A DNA stretch of 64,000 nucleotides, from assembly GCA_000092065.1 (NCBI GenBank), contig CP000601.1; one strand, 5' to 3'. The stretch's first letter is position 1. Every line of letters begins with the position of its first letter. This stretch comes from Ostreococcus lucimarinus. Its lineage: Eukaryota. A program made the position numbers and the translations under genes. Below are positions 49,382 to 59,135 of this stretch, piece by piece. The notes beneath the pieces were generated by a model, which ran no database searches, was not told where the DNA came from, and worked only from the letters and a program-made list of their open reading frames with translations.

Positions 49382-52300
49382 ATGCGGGCCCCGTCGCGCG
49401 CGCCGTGCGCGTCCGCGCGCCCGGAGGCCGGCGTCGTCGACGCCCTCGATGATCTCGCCGCCGTCGACGCCCGCGCGTGCGGCATCGGCAAGCTCACGAT
49501 CGCGCACGACGACGACGACGACGACGCGCGAGGTCTCCGCCATCGCGACCGCGGCGCGTTCGCCCTCGATTTGCGCGCGTGGTCGTTCACCGCGCGCACG
49601 CAGCCGGTCCGCGCGCTCGGGGCGTGCGCGCGAGACGCGTCCGTCGACATGCGCGTGCCGTTCAGGGACGAATACGAGCGACACAGGGCGTCGCGACCGG
49701 ACGAACGCGCGCCGCGAGGGGCGAGTTGGCGCATCCATCGAGTGCGAGGATGGCGCTTCGACCTGCGCGCGCTGTACGAGGAGGTGAAAAGACGCGGTGG
49801 CGCGGACGCGATCGATGGAAATCAAGGCTGGCGCGAGGTCGCGGAGGCGATCGGGGCGCACGGACGCGGATGCGCGGCGGGACACGCGGCGAGAGCGCTG
49901 CACGGGGCGTGGCTGGAGGCGTTCGCGCGCGACGCCAAGCGAAGAGAAGACGCGGTGAAGAGCGCGCAGTTCGACGCGGTGAAGGGAGAGATCGAACAAG
50001 ATGACGCGCTGGCGATCGATGCGCTGTGTGGGCTCGAATTTGGGGCGTCGGGCGCGCCCGAACGGCGAGTCAAGGTGGAAAATGTGCGTAATTCGTGCCA
50101 TATCTTCTTCGCGCGGGACCGGGATGACGGCGAATCGCACGCGTTCGCGGCGCGTGCGACGCGCGCGCGCGATGATGGGCGTCGCGATGACGTGCGACTG
50201 ACTTTTACGGCGCGTGTTTTCGCGACGCAGGGCCTCGATCTCGTCGCCTCGCAGCTCGCGGACGCGCCCGAGGGCGACGCCGACTGCGACGTGTGCGGCG
50301 CGAGCGGGAACGAAGACGCGATGATCCTGTGCGATGGGTGCGATCGAGGGTGCGTATACGACAATGCCACGCGAGAACGCGCGCGTGAAAATTATCTCGA
50401 TCGTTCGGACGCGCGTTCGGGGAGAGAGAGCGCTCGCGCGGCGCGCGAGGGCGCGGCGAACGCGCGCGTGGGCGACGGTTAGACGTGGGGTTTAGAGGCG
50501 CGCGGGGGAGAAGGAGCCGCGAAGGAGCGACGAGACTGACGAATGATGCGCGCGTAGGTCACATATGTACTGCTTAACGCCGAAGATGACTGAAGTGCCG
50601 AGTGGAGAGTGGTTTTGTGGACGATGCGAAGAGATTGACGCGGAGGTGGAGCGATTGAGCGCGGATGAAGGGACGCAGTTTACGCTCGGCGATTTCAACG
50701 AGGCGTGCATAGAATTTGATACGGCGTTCTTTGGCGAGGACGCCAAGCGAACTGGGATCGATATGCAGGTGATTGAGGAGTGTTTCTGGCGAATGGTTGA
50801 AGATGCGAGCTCGGTGGATGATGTTTGCGAGGTCAAATGCGGCACGGCGATTGACACGACAAAGTACGGAAGCGGGTTCCCGAGACACGGCGAAGCGCTT
50901 CAGGTAAAGATTGACGGCGTGAGCCCGGAATCTATCAAGCGCTGGTCAGAGTCGAAATGGAATCTCAACAACGTCGCGCGCGCGAGTGGGGAAAAGTCGT
51001 CGCTACTGGGCGCGTTGAAGGATGACGTGGCGGGCGTGACGACGCCATTCTTAGAAGTCGGAAGCACGTTTAGTTCCACGACTTGGCGTCGAGAAGAGCA
51101 TAACATGTACAGTATCACTTACAATCACTGGGGTGCCGCGAAACTGTGGTACTGCGTGCCGGCGAGTGCAGCGGACAAGTTGGAAGAATGCTTCCAGAAG
51201 GTGATGCCCGACGTCTACGAGGCGCACGTCAACGATTTGGGAAGCGTCTTTACGATGCTCTCGCCGAGCTTCTTGATGAGCGCGGGAGTGCCCGTGCACA
51301 CGTTGGAGCAATTCCCAGGAGAATACGTGGTGACGTATCCCGGGGCGTACTACGCGTCGTTCAACTGTGGATTGAACTGCACGGAGAGCGTCAACTTTGT
51401 GCCCGCTGACTGGCTCCCAGAGGGCTCGGCGAGCGTGGAGAGAAACCGATCGTACGCCAAGCGTTCATTGTTTAGTCACGACGAGTTGGTTTGCAGAGTA
51501 GCAAACAATCCTAGTTCGAGCATAGCGCCGCACTTGTGGCCCGAGATTGCGCGCTTGTACGCTGAAGAGGCAAACGGTCGCGCCGAGCTTTTCGCGTCTG
51601 GCGTGACGCGCAGCGCGCAAATGACGTCAGCAGACGACGACGACGACGACGATGGCTGCGAAAAGCCTCGTAAAGTACGATCTAGGTTTGACGATGCATC
51701 GAACTCTGGATCCGATGAGTGCGTTGTTTGTCGACACATTTTGTACTCGTCTGGCGTCGGGTGCTCGTGCGACGAGACGCGCAAGGCGTGCTTGCGACAC
51801 GTCAACGACTTGTGCAAATGTGCGATGTCGAAGAAGACGATGTTTTACAGAGAAACAGTGGCTGATTTAGAAAGTCTGGTGAAGAAGACGGAGAAGGCGC
51901 TTTCTCAGAAGGAACTAGCCAGCTTAAAATCCAAGCACAGCGACTTGGACTCAGTCACAGTGAACAAGAATCTCGTCAAGAAGGCTCAGGCTTGGGTGAA
52001 ACGAGTGGGCGAAGAGCTCGTCAAACCACCTTTGCCGCCGCTGGACAAGATGAGAAATTTACTCGCTGCGGGTGAAGAGTTTATTTGGGGTGGTGCTGAT
52101 ATGAAGGCGGCTCGAGAAGCGTACACTCGCGTGACGAACGCCGTCGCGTGGCAGACGAGTCTTGTGGCGCTGAAGCAAAGGCTTGGATCCAGTGCTGGTG
52201 CCGAGGCCGCGCACGATGACGCTGGTGAAGCGCGATTGAGATTGAACAGACTAAAAGAGCTCCTTGACAACCCACCGGTACCGATGCCTAAGGCTGATAC

Positions 52301-54224
52301 TCAACCTTTCCGCGATTTGCTCGCGGCGGGCTTGAAATTGGAGGAACGCATCAAGGCGGCTCTCGCCGAGGTACCGAATCCATCTCCTCGCGCTTGTACG
52401 ACGCTTCAAACTGAAGCGAATAAGTTTGGTGTGGAAGTCCCTTCATATAAAAAGCTGAAGGACGTCATCGTTAGAGCAGGCGCGTGGTCCACGAAGGTGC
52501 GCGGCGCGCTTCCAGGACGACGACAACTCCCGCCGCGCGAGGAACTAGCGAATGCTCGAGAGATCGAGGCGTTATACGAAGAGGCGCATGGATTACCCGT
52601 TCAGCAGAGCGAACTCTTGACTTTGCGCAAATCTTTAGAAGAGTTGAATTTTTGGCGCGCAAAGTCTGAGTCGCTGTTCGTCGCCAAGGTTGACGTGGAA
52701 GAAGCCGAGGCGCTTCTCAAGGAGGGCATGGCGTTGTCAACAAAACTCGACGAGGTCGACAGACTAGCCGATCAAATCAAAGCTGTCAAAGTGTGGGCCG
52801 ATCATGCTCGAGCGAGTGATTATCCGGGAGCAAGAGTGACGGATTTGCACATGCTTCTCGTCGAGGGTGAAAAGTTTAGCGTGCGAGTGGACGAAGTCGA
52901 GTGGTTGCGAAACCGTATCGTCGTCCGGGAGCTGGCAGAGAAATTGAAGGACATGGTTTCATCGAAGAAATATCCGCTCGCCGAAGTCGAAGCGGCCGTG
53001 CGGGCGGGTAACGAGTTCCTCGACTCCGAAGATAAAGAGGTTGCCCCAGATGAAGAAGCGCTGCTGGCGCAGTGCGAGAGCCACATCAACGCGGCGAAGA
53101 AGTGGAACGAGCGCGCGGCGGTGATGCTCAAATCTCTCGATAGTAAGGACCGACCGTCACTCGAAGACGCCGCGTCGCTCATCCGCGAAGGAAGCTCGAT
53201 TCCAATCTTTCTGAATGGATTCGACGTGCTTTCAGAAGCGGTCAATGTAGCCAAGTCTTGGTTGGATCGTGCACAACCTTGTTTGAAGGGAAAGCAGCTC
53301 ACTCGTCGCGGTGTGTCAAATCCGATTCCGCCGCTTTCCGAGGCGCAAGAGCTCATGAAAGAGTCTTCGAACTTGAAATTGTTTGTCAAGGAAGTTGAAG
53401 CTTTGGAAGAACGCGTCGAAGCCGCAGAAGAGTGGGACGTGGACGCGAAGGACGCCATCGAGCGCTGGCGAGAAGACGGCGCCGAGGTGACGTTGACCGA
53501 GCTTGAACTTTCGCACGAAGACTTTGGATTAGAATTACCAGCCATGGAGACAGTTCGCATTCGTTTAAAGTCGCTCAAGTGGGAAGAACGCGTCGCTAAG
53601 ATCATTGCACCCAAGGCGAAGCTCGTCGAGGACACCGTTTTGGACGAGCTCAGGGAAGAAATCGACGTGCTTCAAGACTTGAAAGAGGATCTTGTCGCTG
53701 AAATCATGAAACGGTACACGATTGTGGACGAATGGCGCAAGAAAGCGGATCGTTTGCTCGATCCTCCTCTCCTTGAAGACGGTCGATTGGCTCCGAGTGC
53801 ATCACCGGAGGAAATAGACGCCCTCATCGCCGAAGGCAAGGCACTTCCCGCTGACGTCTCGAAGGTAGAAGACCTCGAGGCGTCGTTGGCGGATCACGCA
53901 CAGTGGGTCGACACCGTTCGTAAGTGCTTGAACAGTGTCGCTGAAGGTCGATCTCGCCCTTCGATTGACGAATTATACGATCTTCTAGCGGAGGTGGAAG
54001 ATTTGACCTTCAAGTGCTCAGAGAGACAAGCGCTCACAAATGCGTGCAACGCCGCCACGGCGTGGACGGAGAGGCTCAACGCGTTGCTCTGGGCAAACGA
54101 TCAGGGTGAAGTCAAACAAGAAAAAACGCTTATCGAAATGTTGAGCAATGTTCTTGATTCCATCAAAGCTGGTGTGGAAGACATCACCGGGACTGGCGAA
54201 CCGCCGGAGACGGAGGAGGGTTAG
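49382..54224 (+). CDS. KDM5/JARID-type protein (JmjN-like, ARID, PHD, JmjC, C5HC2, PLU-1 region); exons 49382..50349 and 50558..54221, ending at an in-frame TAG
   Basis: ARID (WRFDLRALYEEVKRRGG...GWREVAEAIG). PHD1 is split by an intron (CDVCGASGNEDAMILCDGCDRG|SHMYCLTPKMTEVPSGEWFCGRC). JmjC (FSSTTWRREEHNMYSITYNHWGAAKLWYCVP ... GEYVVTYPGAYYASFN). C5HC2 (CVVCRHILYSSGVGCSCDETRKACLRHVNDLCKC). Confidence 0.85.
50350..50557 (+). other. Spliceosomal intron (208 nt, phase 2) inside the PHD1 coding region of the KDM5-like gene
   Basis: GG|GTGCGT donor, GAGACTGACGA branch-like motif and GCGCGTAG| acceptor. Splicing restores the C-x2-C-x4-H-x2-C spacing (CDGC-DRGS-H-MY-C). Confidence 0.85.
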
Positions 54225-56087
54225 TTCTGCCTTTGTCGACAAGCTGGAGGAATTCAAATGGTTGGATGTGATGATTGCGGTGACTGGTATCACTTAAAAT
54301 GTATCAATGTGACGCCTACTATGGCAAAGACGATGCACAATTACATCTGTCCGCCATGCATCGCGAAGAGTGGCAAGGCGAGCGCACTCTCGTTGGATAC
54401 GTATCGCTCGGTGCATCGCACCAATCGCCCAAACGTCATGCTTTTGCGAGAACTCCTCGGTGAAGCGCAGCGATTTCCTGGAGAAGTGCCAGAAGAAGCC
54501 GTGTTGAATCAAGTCATCAATACTCACGACGCGTGGCGATTGGAAGTACGAAAGACTTTGCATAGAAAGAGTATGAAGGAAGCACACGACAACGCCATCA
54601 GTCAAGCTTCGAAGATTGCCCAAGAAGCAGCGATGAGAGAATCTGAGGAACGCACACGACGAATCGCCGAAGCGTCGCTCGCGGCGACTGCAGAGAACCC
54701 CAATCCTCCAGCTTCTCTCACGCCATTACAGCAAGTCATGCTGATGGGTCAAGCTGTCACGTTCGCCGCAACGCAGCGCACGCACGCGTTGAACATTTCG
54801 CCGTGTTCGCAGGAGATTTCAGATGTCGTCACAAAGCAGCTCGGGCAACTTCAACAGCTCGCCATGCAACTCGCGATGTGCCAAGCTCAAATTCACATGG
54901 CTCCAGTTCGGTCTAGGCCCCACATCCTCCACGTCTTGATGATGCAGCAACAGCATCTAAAGATGACAAACGAGCACGAGGAAGAGCTGGCAAATGTTGG
55001 CGCTAGCAACTGGCTCATGGAAGCGACTCTGCAACTATCTGGAATGTCTGGCATGATGCCGCCGCCGACGGCGCAAGACACCGGCAAAGAACCTTCAACA
55101 TCCACGGGTCATGGTAGTCCAAGCGATATGTCTGCTCAGTTGAAGACGAACGAACCGATGATGGTTCCGCAGCAGTTCATGTTGCAACCGGCCATGCCAT
55201 CGCTTGTCGGCGACGCGTCTGGAATGCCCAAGCAAGAGATGGATTACACGTATGACATTCCTCGAAAAGATAATGTCGATCCAGCGCTGCAAGTGTACGC
55301 GGGCATGAAGGGTGCTCTGGCGATGGAGCTGGAACCTGTTGAGGAGACGCTCGCGTTGATGCGCGAAGTGTGCGGTCCGGCGTGGAGAGAACAAGCCACG
55401 CGGCTCATGACTGGTGCGCCGTTCCCGAGGTTGATCAAGCTTCACGAGCTCAAGGAATCTGCCATGGCTGCTGGTCTTTGCCCTGGTGCCGGCATTGATC
55501 CTTTGGCCGATCGCGCGCACGCGTTGGAGGTTGCTGGACAAATCTGGCTCGAACGCGCCGCCGCCGTCGTGCAAGACAAAACGATTCCTATCGAGGCGGC
55601 GCAGTTGCTGCTTCAAGAGGGTCGATCTTTGCCTTTATACTTGAAGGAGGAGCTCGAGGAGTTGGGAGAGCGATGCGAACTGTATTGCGTTTGCCGAAGC
55701 GCGTACGACGCTCTCAGGCCGATGATTTGCTGCGATCGATGCGATGGTTGGTTTCATTACGAGTGCATCGGCATGCAGTCGCCGGCGCCGGGCGAGGAAG
55801 ACGAAAACGCCGAAAACGTCAAGTTTGCCTGCCCAGAGTGCTGCGCGGCGCAAGGTATTCCGTACGTTCCGTTCCGTCCAGCGCCGAAGGACACGGACAA
55901 AGCGCCGGAGCGAGCCGCGCCTCCGCCGGCTGAAGAAGCTCCGGAGCCGCCAAAGACGGAAGAAGAAGCGAAGCCGCCCGCTAAACCAGAACCGGAAGTC
56001 GCGGACAACAAGAAGAAACGAAAAACGGTGGAGCCGACTCCGCCTGCTAATAAAAGTACCTCTAGTCGCAGCAGAAGACGAAAGTAG
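54225..56087 (+). CDS. In-frame continuation of the KDM5-like gene (two C-terminal PHD fingers, Q/M-rich region, K/E/P-rich tail)
   Basis: Same frame as 50558-54224. FCLCRQAGGIQMVGCDDCGDWYHLKCINV...YICPPC starts at the codon right after the TAG. The second PHD is YCVCRSAYDALRPMICCDRCDGWFHYECIG...FACPEC. The ATG at 54258 would truncate the first PHD. Confidence 0.6.
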   Translation, partial: FCLCRQAGGIQMVGCDDCGDWYHLKCINVTPTMAKTMHNYICPPCIAKSGKASALSLDTYRSVHRTNRPNVMLLRELLGEAQRFPGEVPEEAVLNQVINTHDAWRLEVRKTLHRKSMKEAHDNAISQASKIAQEAAMRESEERTRRIAEASLAATAENPNPPASLTPLQQVMLMGQAVTFAATQRTHALNISPCSQEISDVVTKQLGQLQQLAMQLAMCQAQIHMAPVRSRPHILHVLMMQQQHLKMTNEHEEELANVGASNWLMEATLQLSGMSGMMPPPTAQDTGKEPSTSTGHGSPSDMSAQLKTNEPMMVPQQFMLQPAMPSLVGDASGMPKQEMDYTYDIPRKDNVDPALQVYAGMKGALAMELEPVEETLALMREVCGPAWREQATRLMTGAPFPRLIKLHELKESAMAAGLCPGAGIDPLADRAHALEVAGQIWLERAAAVVQDKTIPIEAAQLLLQEGRSLPLYLKEELEELGERCELYCVCRSAYDALRPMICCDRCDGWFHYECIGMQSPAPGEEDENAENVKFACPECCAAQGIPYVPFRPAPKDTDKAPERAAPPPAEEAPEPPKTEEEAKPPAKPEPEVADNKKKRKTVEPTPPANKSTSSRSRRRK

Positions 56088-56135
56088 TTCTCTAGATTTA
56101 CAACATTTGACACAATAAACAACAACTTCAATAAT

Positions 56136-57362
56136 TCAACCGTCCAGGTGCTCGTCCCATCCCAGGTCTCGTTTCGGCTTGCGCCTACCGACCAACTTGG
56201 CCGCGTCCAGTTCGGTCAACAATTCAATTTCGTCGAGTGTTTCCTCGCTCACATCGATGTCGTCCGTCACCGCGAGCTTTTGACCCTTTCTATGACGCTC
56301 GACGAGTTCTTCGAGATATCCTTGCTTTGCGTAGTTCGGTATCAACCTAGACATGTACACGCCGCGCAAAATACGTTTTTCTTCCTCAGTCAAATCGCCG
56401 TGAAACCCTCGGCGGTTGATCCGGTCCGTCACGGCGTGCGACATCACGAGCGCGGCGGCGACGGAAATGTTCAAAGACTCGGTGAAGCCAAACATCGGAA
56501 TGTACACGGCGCCATCCCGCAGCGCTCGCGCCTCGTCCGAAACCCCCTCGCGCTCGTTCCCAAACACCACCGCCGTGGGCACGGTCCAATCGTAATGCGA
56601 CAGCGGCTGCGCGCCGTCAAACTCAGTCGTAAGAACGCGGTATCCTTTCGCCTTCGCGACTCTGAGCGCGCGTTCCGACGTCTCAAACTGCTCCACGTGT
56701 TGCCACTTCAGCGCCCCTCCCGACGTCCTCCCGCTCGCCTTGAACGACAGCCCCTTCGAGCTCACGATCGACGCGCACCCGATCCCCAGCGCCTCCGTCG
56801 TCCGACACACCGCCAAGATATTGCCGACGTCGTAGACGCCCTCTAGAATCGGCAGCAACGAAAAACTTCTATGCTCCAAAACGTTTTCCAGCCGCATGCG
56901 TCGCTCTTCCCCGACCATCGCCGTCGCGAGCGCCACCATCGTCTCCGTCTCGCACGTCGCCCTCGCGAACGCGAATCCATCGCCGTACGGGAATCTTTCC
57001 CTCTCGTCCTCGTTCGCGCGCGTCCCCAAATCTTCCCGCCGCGCCCGCACCAGCCCGTGAAACTCCAGCGCGTCCGGCGCCCACGCGCGCTGCCTTCGGT
57101 GCGCCTTCGCGCTCTTCGTCGCCACCGCGCCCGTGCGCGCCACCGCGCGCGTCGGTCGCGGCGTCGTGCGCTTCACGACGACGTCGTGCGGGCCGGCGTG
57201 CGCGCGCGACCCCGGTTCCGACACCGATTCCGATTCCGCCGCGTCGTCGTCGCGCGCGCGTCGCGTCGCCGGTCGAGCGACGCGCGCGGCGCGCTCGCGA
57301 GCGTCGCGTCGATTCGCGTCGATTCGCGATCCCGCGCCCGCGATCGCGCGCGTCGACGCCAT
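56136..57362 (-). CDS. SpoU/TrmH-family RNA 2'-O-ribose methyltransferase
   Basis: RMRLENVLEHRSFSLLPILEGVYDVGNILAVCRTTEALGI, AVVFGNEREGVSDEA and IPMFGFTESLNISVAAALVMSH (SPOUT motifs 1-3). Arg-rich, presequence-like N-terminus. Confidence 0.8.
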   Translation of the reverse strand: MASTRAIAGAGSRIDANRRDARERAARVARPATRRARDDDAAESESVSEPGSRAHAGPHDVVVKRTTPRPTRAVARTGAVATKSAKAHRRQRAWAPDALEFHGLVRARREDLGTRANEDERERFPYGDGFAFARATCETETMVALATAMVGEERRMRLENVLEHRSFSLLPILEGVYDVGNILAVCRTTEALGIGCASIVSSKGLSFKASGRTSGGALKWQHVEQFETSERALRVAKAKGYRVLTTEFDGAQPLSHYDWTVPTAVVFGNEREGVSDEARALRDGAVYIPMFGFTESLNISVAAALVMSHAVTDRINRRGFHGDLTEEEKRILRGVYMSRLIPNYAKQGYLEELVERHRKGQKLAVTDDIDVSEETLDEIELLTELDAAKLVGRRKPKRDLGWDEHLDG

Positions 57363-57384
57363 TCGAATCGCCGCGCGACGCGAA

Positions 57385-57394
57385 GTGTCGACAT
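57385..57394. promoter_or_regulatory. Isolated exact RTGTCGACAY match (GTGTCGACAT) in the divergent promoter between the SpoU methyltransferase and the 57461 gene
   Basis: Single copy, so functional relevance is unknown. Confidence 0.2.
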
Positions 57395-57460
57395 CGCGTC
57401 GCGCGGCGATTCGAATCGCGTCGCGCTCGAACGGCGTCGCGTCCTCGCGACGCGCGCGCG

Positions 57461-59032
57461 ATGACGCGCGAACGTCGCGCGCGCGCCGCGCGGTCGCGGG
57501 GCGCGCGCGCGCGCGAGACGATGGCGGCGGTGACGCTCGGGACGTTTTTGGTGTTGGGACGCGCGGGCGCGTTTCGCGGCGCGAGCGCGCGGCGCGCGCC
57601 GCTACAGGCGATGGACGCGGGCGCGGGAAGCGCGGGAGGGACGGCGTCGCGGCCGGCGCGGCGATGGATGACGCACCTGCTGCGCGATCACCCGGAGATG
57701 CGATGCACGCAGATTCCGAGCAAGCCGGTGATCGTCGGCGGCGACGGCGGCGGCGCGGGAAAGCCGCTGATGGAATTCCTGAGGGATTCGAACGCGGTGA
57801 CGTTCGGACCGACGGATAAGGATGGGAACAGCGACGCGGAGCGGTTGAGCGGGTTGGATGACATGGTGGTGGACGTCATGGCGTTTTCGAAGCGGTTGCT
57901 GTACGAACCGGATGATTTGCCGATGGATTTGCAAGCGGATTTAGCGAAACATTTGTGCGATATGTTTGCGAGACAGGAGAAGTGGTTGCACCCGGGATTG
58001 ACGATGAATGGGATACAACACGATCAAGAGGTCGGGCGGTGGGGATGGAAGGATCCGTTGGCGATGTATTTGGTGCCGATTTGGAGAGACGTGTACGGGC
58101 CGTCGGTGACGTACGTGCACTTGGTGCGGGATCCGCGGACGCTGCCGCTCGGGAATTTGCACGACAAGGAGCGGGATTTACAAAAGGCGTACTTTGGTCA
58201 AGAGCGATGGGAGCAGTTGACGGCAAAATTTGAATCCGAGTGGGCGCATCTCTCCCAGCACCAGTCGATGACGAGCGTGAAGAAGGACGACGTGATTGAT
58301 TTATTGCGCACGACGGCGTACTGGACGTCCATCAACTTTGAGCTCGGGGCGCTCATCAAGGGCCCGCTCAAGAACTACGCCACGGTGCTCCGGGCGGAGG
58401 ATTTGGTGCAACCGGACATGGATCACTTCCGACGCGACGCCACCGGGAAAAAACCGGAAAAGTACCAAGCCGCGCAAAAAGTCATGCAAGAGCTCACGAC
58501 GCTCCTCAAGCTCCCGGCGAAACTTTCCAACACGCTGGGAAGCCACGAACACATGAAGCAAAACCTCCGACGGTTCACGATCCACCGCGAAAAGTTCGTC
58601 TACCGCACCGACTCCCCCATCATCGAAGTCCAAACCCGCATCGCCGAGAAGACGTTGGAACTCTTCGGCTACTCCGCCGACGCCGCGCTCTTCGTCTCGC
58701 GGCACCCGTCGTCGAGCGAGCCCCACGGCCATCGTCTCACCCCCGAGGGCGAGTACATGCACGAGGAGCACAGGTATACTCCCGACGATTTCGAGCCCAC
58801 GATCGAACCCGCGTCGGAGGGCGATCTTCCCGGCATCACCAACCACGTCCTCGGCGCTCAGCTCAAGTACACCGACCGCGTCGAGCTCGAGCGCGCCAAG
58901 ACGCGCGCGCCCGACACGGAGCAATCTCGCGCCGTCGAGGCCCAGCTCATGGAGGCTAAGAAGAAGACCTTTTTGCTCGAAACCACCAAAATCGACGGCA
59001 AGTCTCTCAAGGACGTCATCGACCATCTGTGA
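57461..59032 (+). CDS. Sulfotransferase-like protein with an N-terminal signal anchor (assignment tentative)
   Basis: MAAVTLGTFLVLG hydrophobic start (alternative ATG at 57521). GGGAGKP, WGWKDPLAMYLVPIW and YVHLVRDPR loosely resemble the sulfotransferase 5'-PSB/3'-PB regions. Confidence 0.4.
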   Translation: MTRERRARAARSRGARARETMAAVTLGTFLVLGRAGAFRGASARRAPLQAMDAGAGSAGGTASRPARRWMTHLLRDHPEMRCTQIPSKPVIVGGDGGGAGKPLMEFLRDSNAVTFGPTDKDGNSDAERLSGLDDMVVDVMAFSKRLLYEPDDLPMDLQADLAKHLCDMFARQEKWLHPGLTMNGIQHDQEVGRWGWKDPLAMYLVPIWRDVYGPSVTYVHLVRDPRTLPLGNLHDKERDLQKAYFGQERWEQLTAKFESEWAHLSQHQSMTSVKKDDVIDLLRTTAYWTSINFELGALIKGPLKNYATVLRAEDLVQPDMDHFRRDATGKKPEKYQAAQKVMQELTTLLKLPAKLSNTLGSHEHMKQNLRRFTIHREKFVYRTDSPIIEVQTRIAEKTLELFGYSADAALFVSRHPSSSEPHGHRLTPEGEYMHEEHRYTPDDFEPTIEPASEGDLPGITNHVLGAQLKYTDRVELERAKTRAPDTEQSRAVEAQLMEAKKKTFLLETTKIDGKSLKDVIDHL

Positions 59033-59135
59033 GGTGTAATTAAAACCAAACGCGCCTCGCGCGTCCCGCCGCGTCGCGAACGACCGTTCAAACCCGCGCG
59101 CTGGATGTGCGTCACATCGCGCCCGGTCGTCCGTC

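Noticed and set aside
54233-54240. TGTCGACA core inside the KDM5-like coding sequence
   Set aside because: The flanks are T...A rather than R...Y, it lies in coding sequence, and about one chance occurrence of this 8-mer palindrome is expected in 64 kb.
54258-56087. Treating the ATG at 54258 as the start of an independent gene
   Set aside because: The two N-terminal Cys ligands of the PHD finger (FCLC) lie upstream of that ATG, in frame and directly after the TAG. Continuation of the KDM5-like gene is therefore more likely. This is reported as a finding instead.
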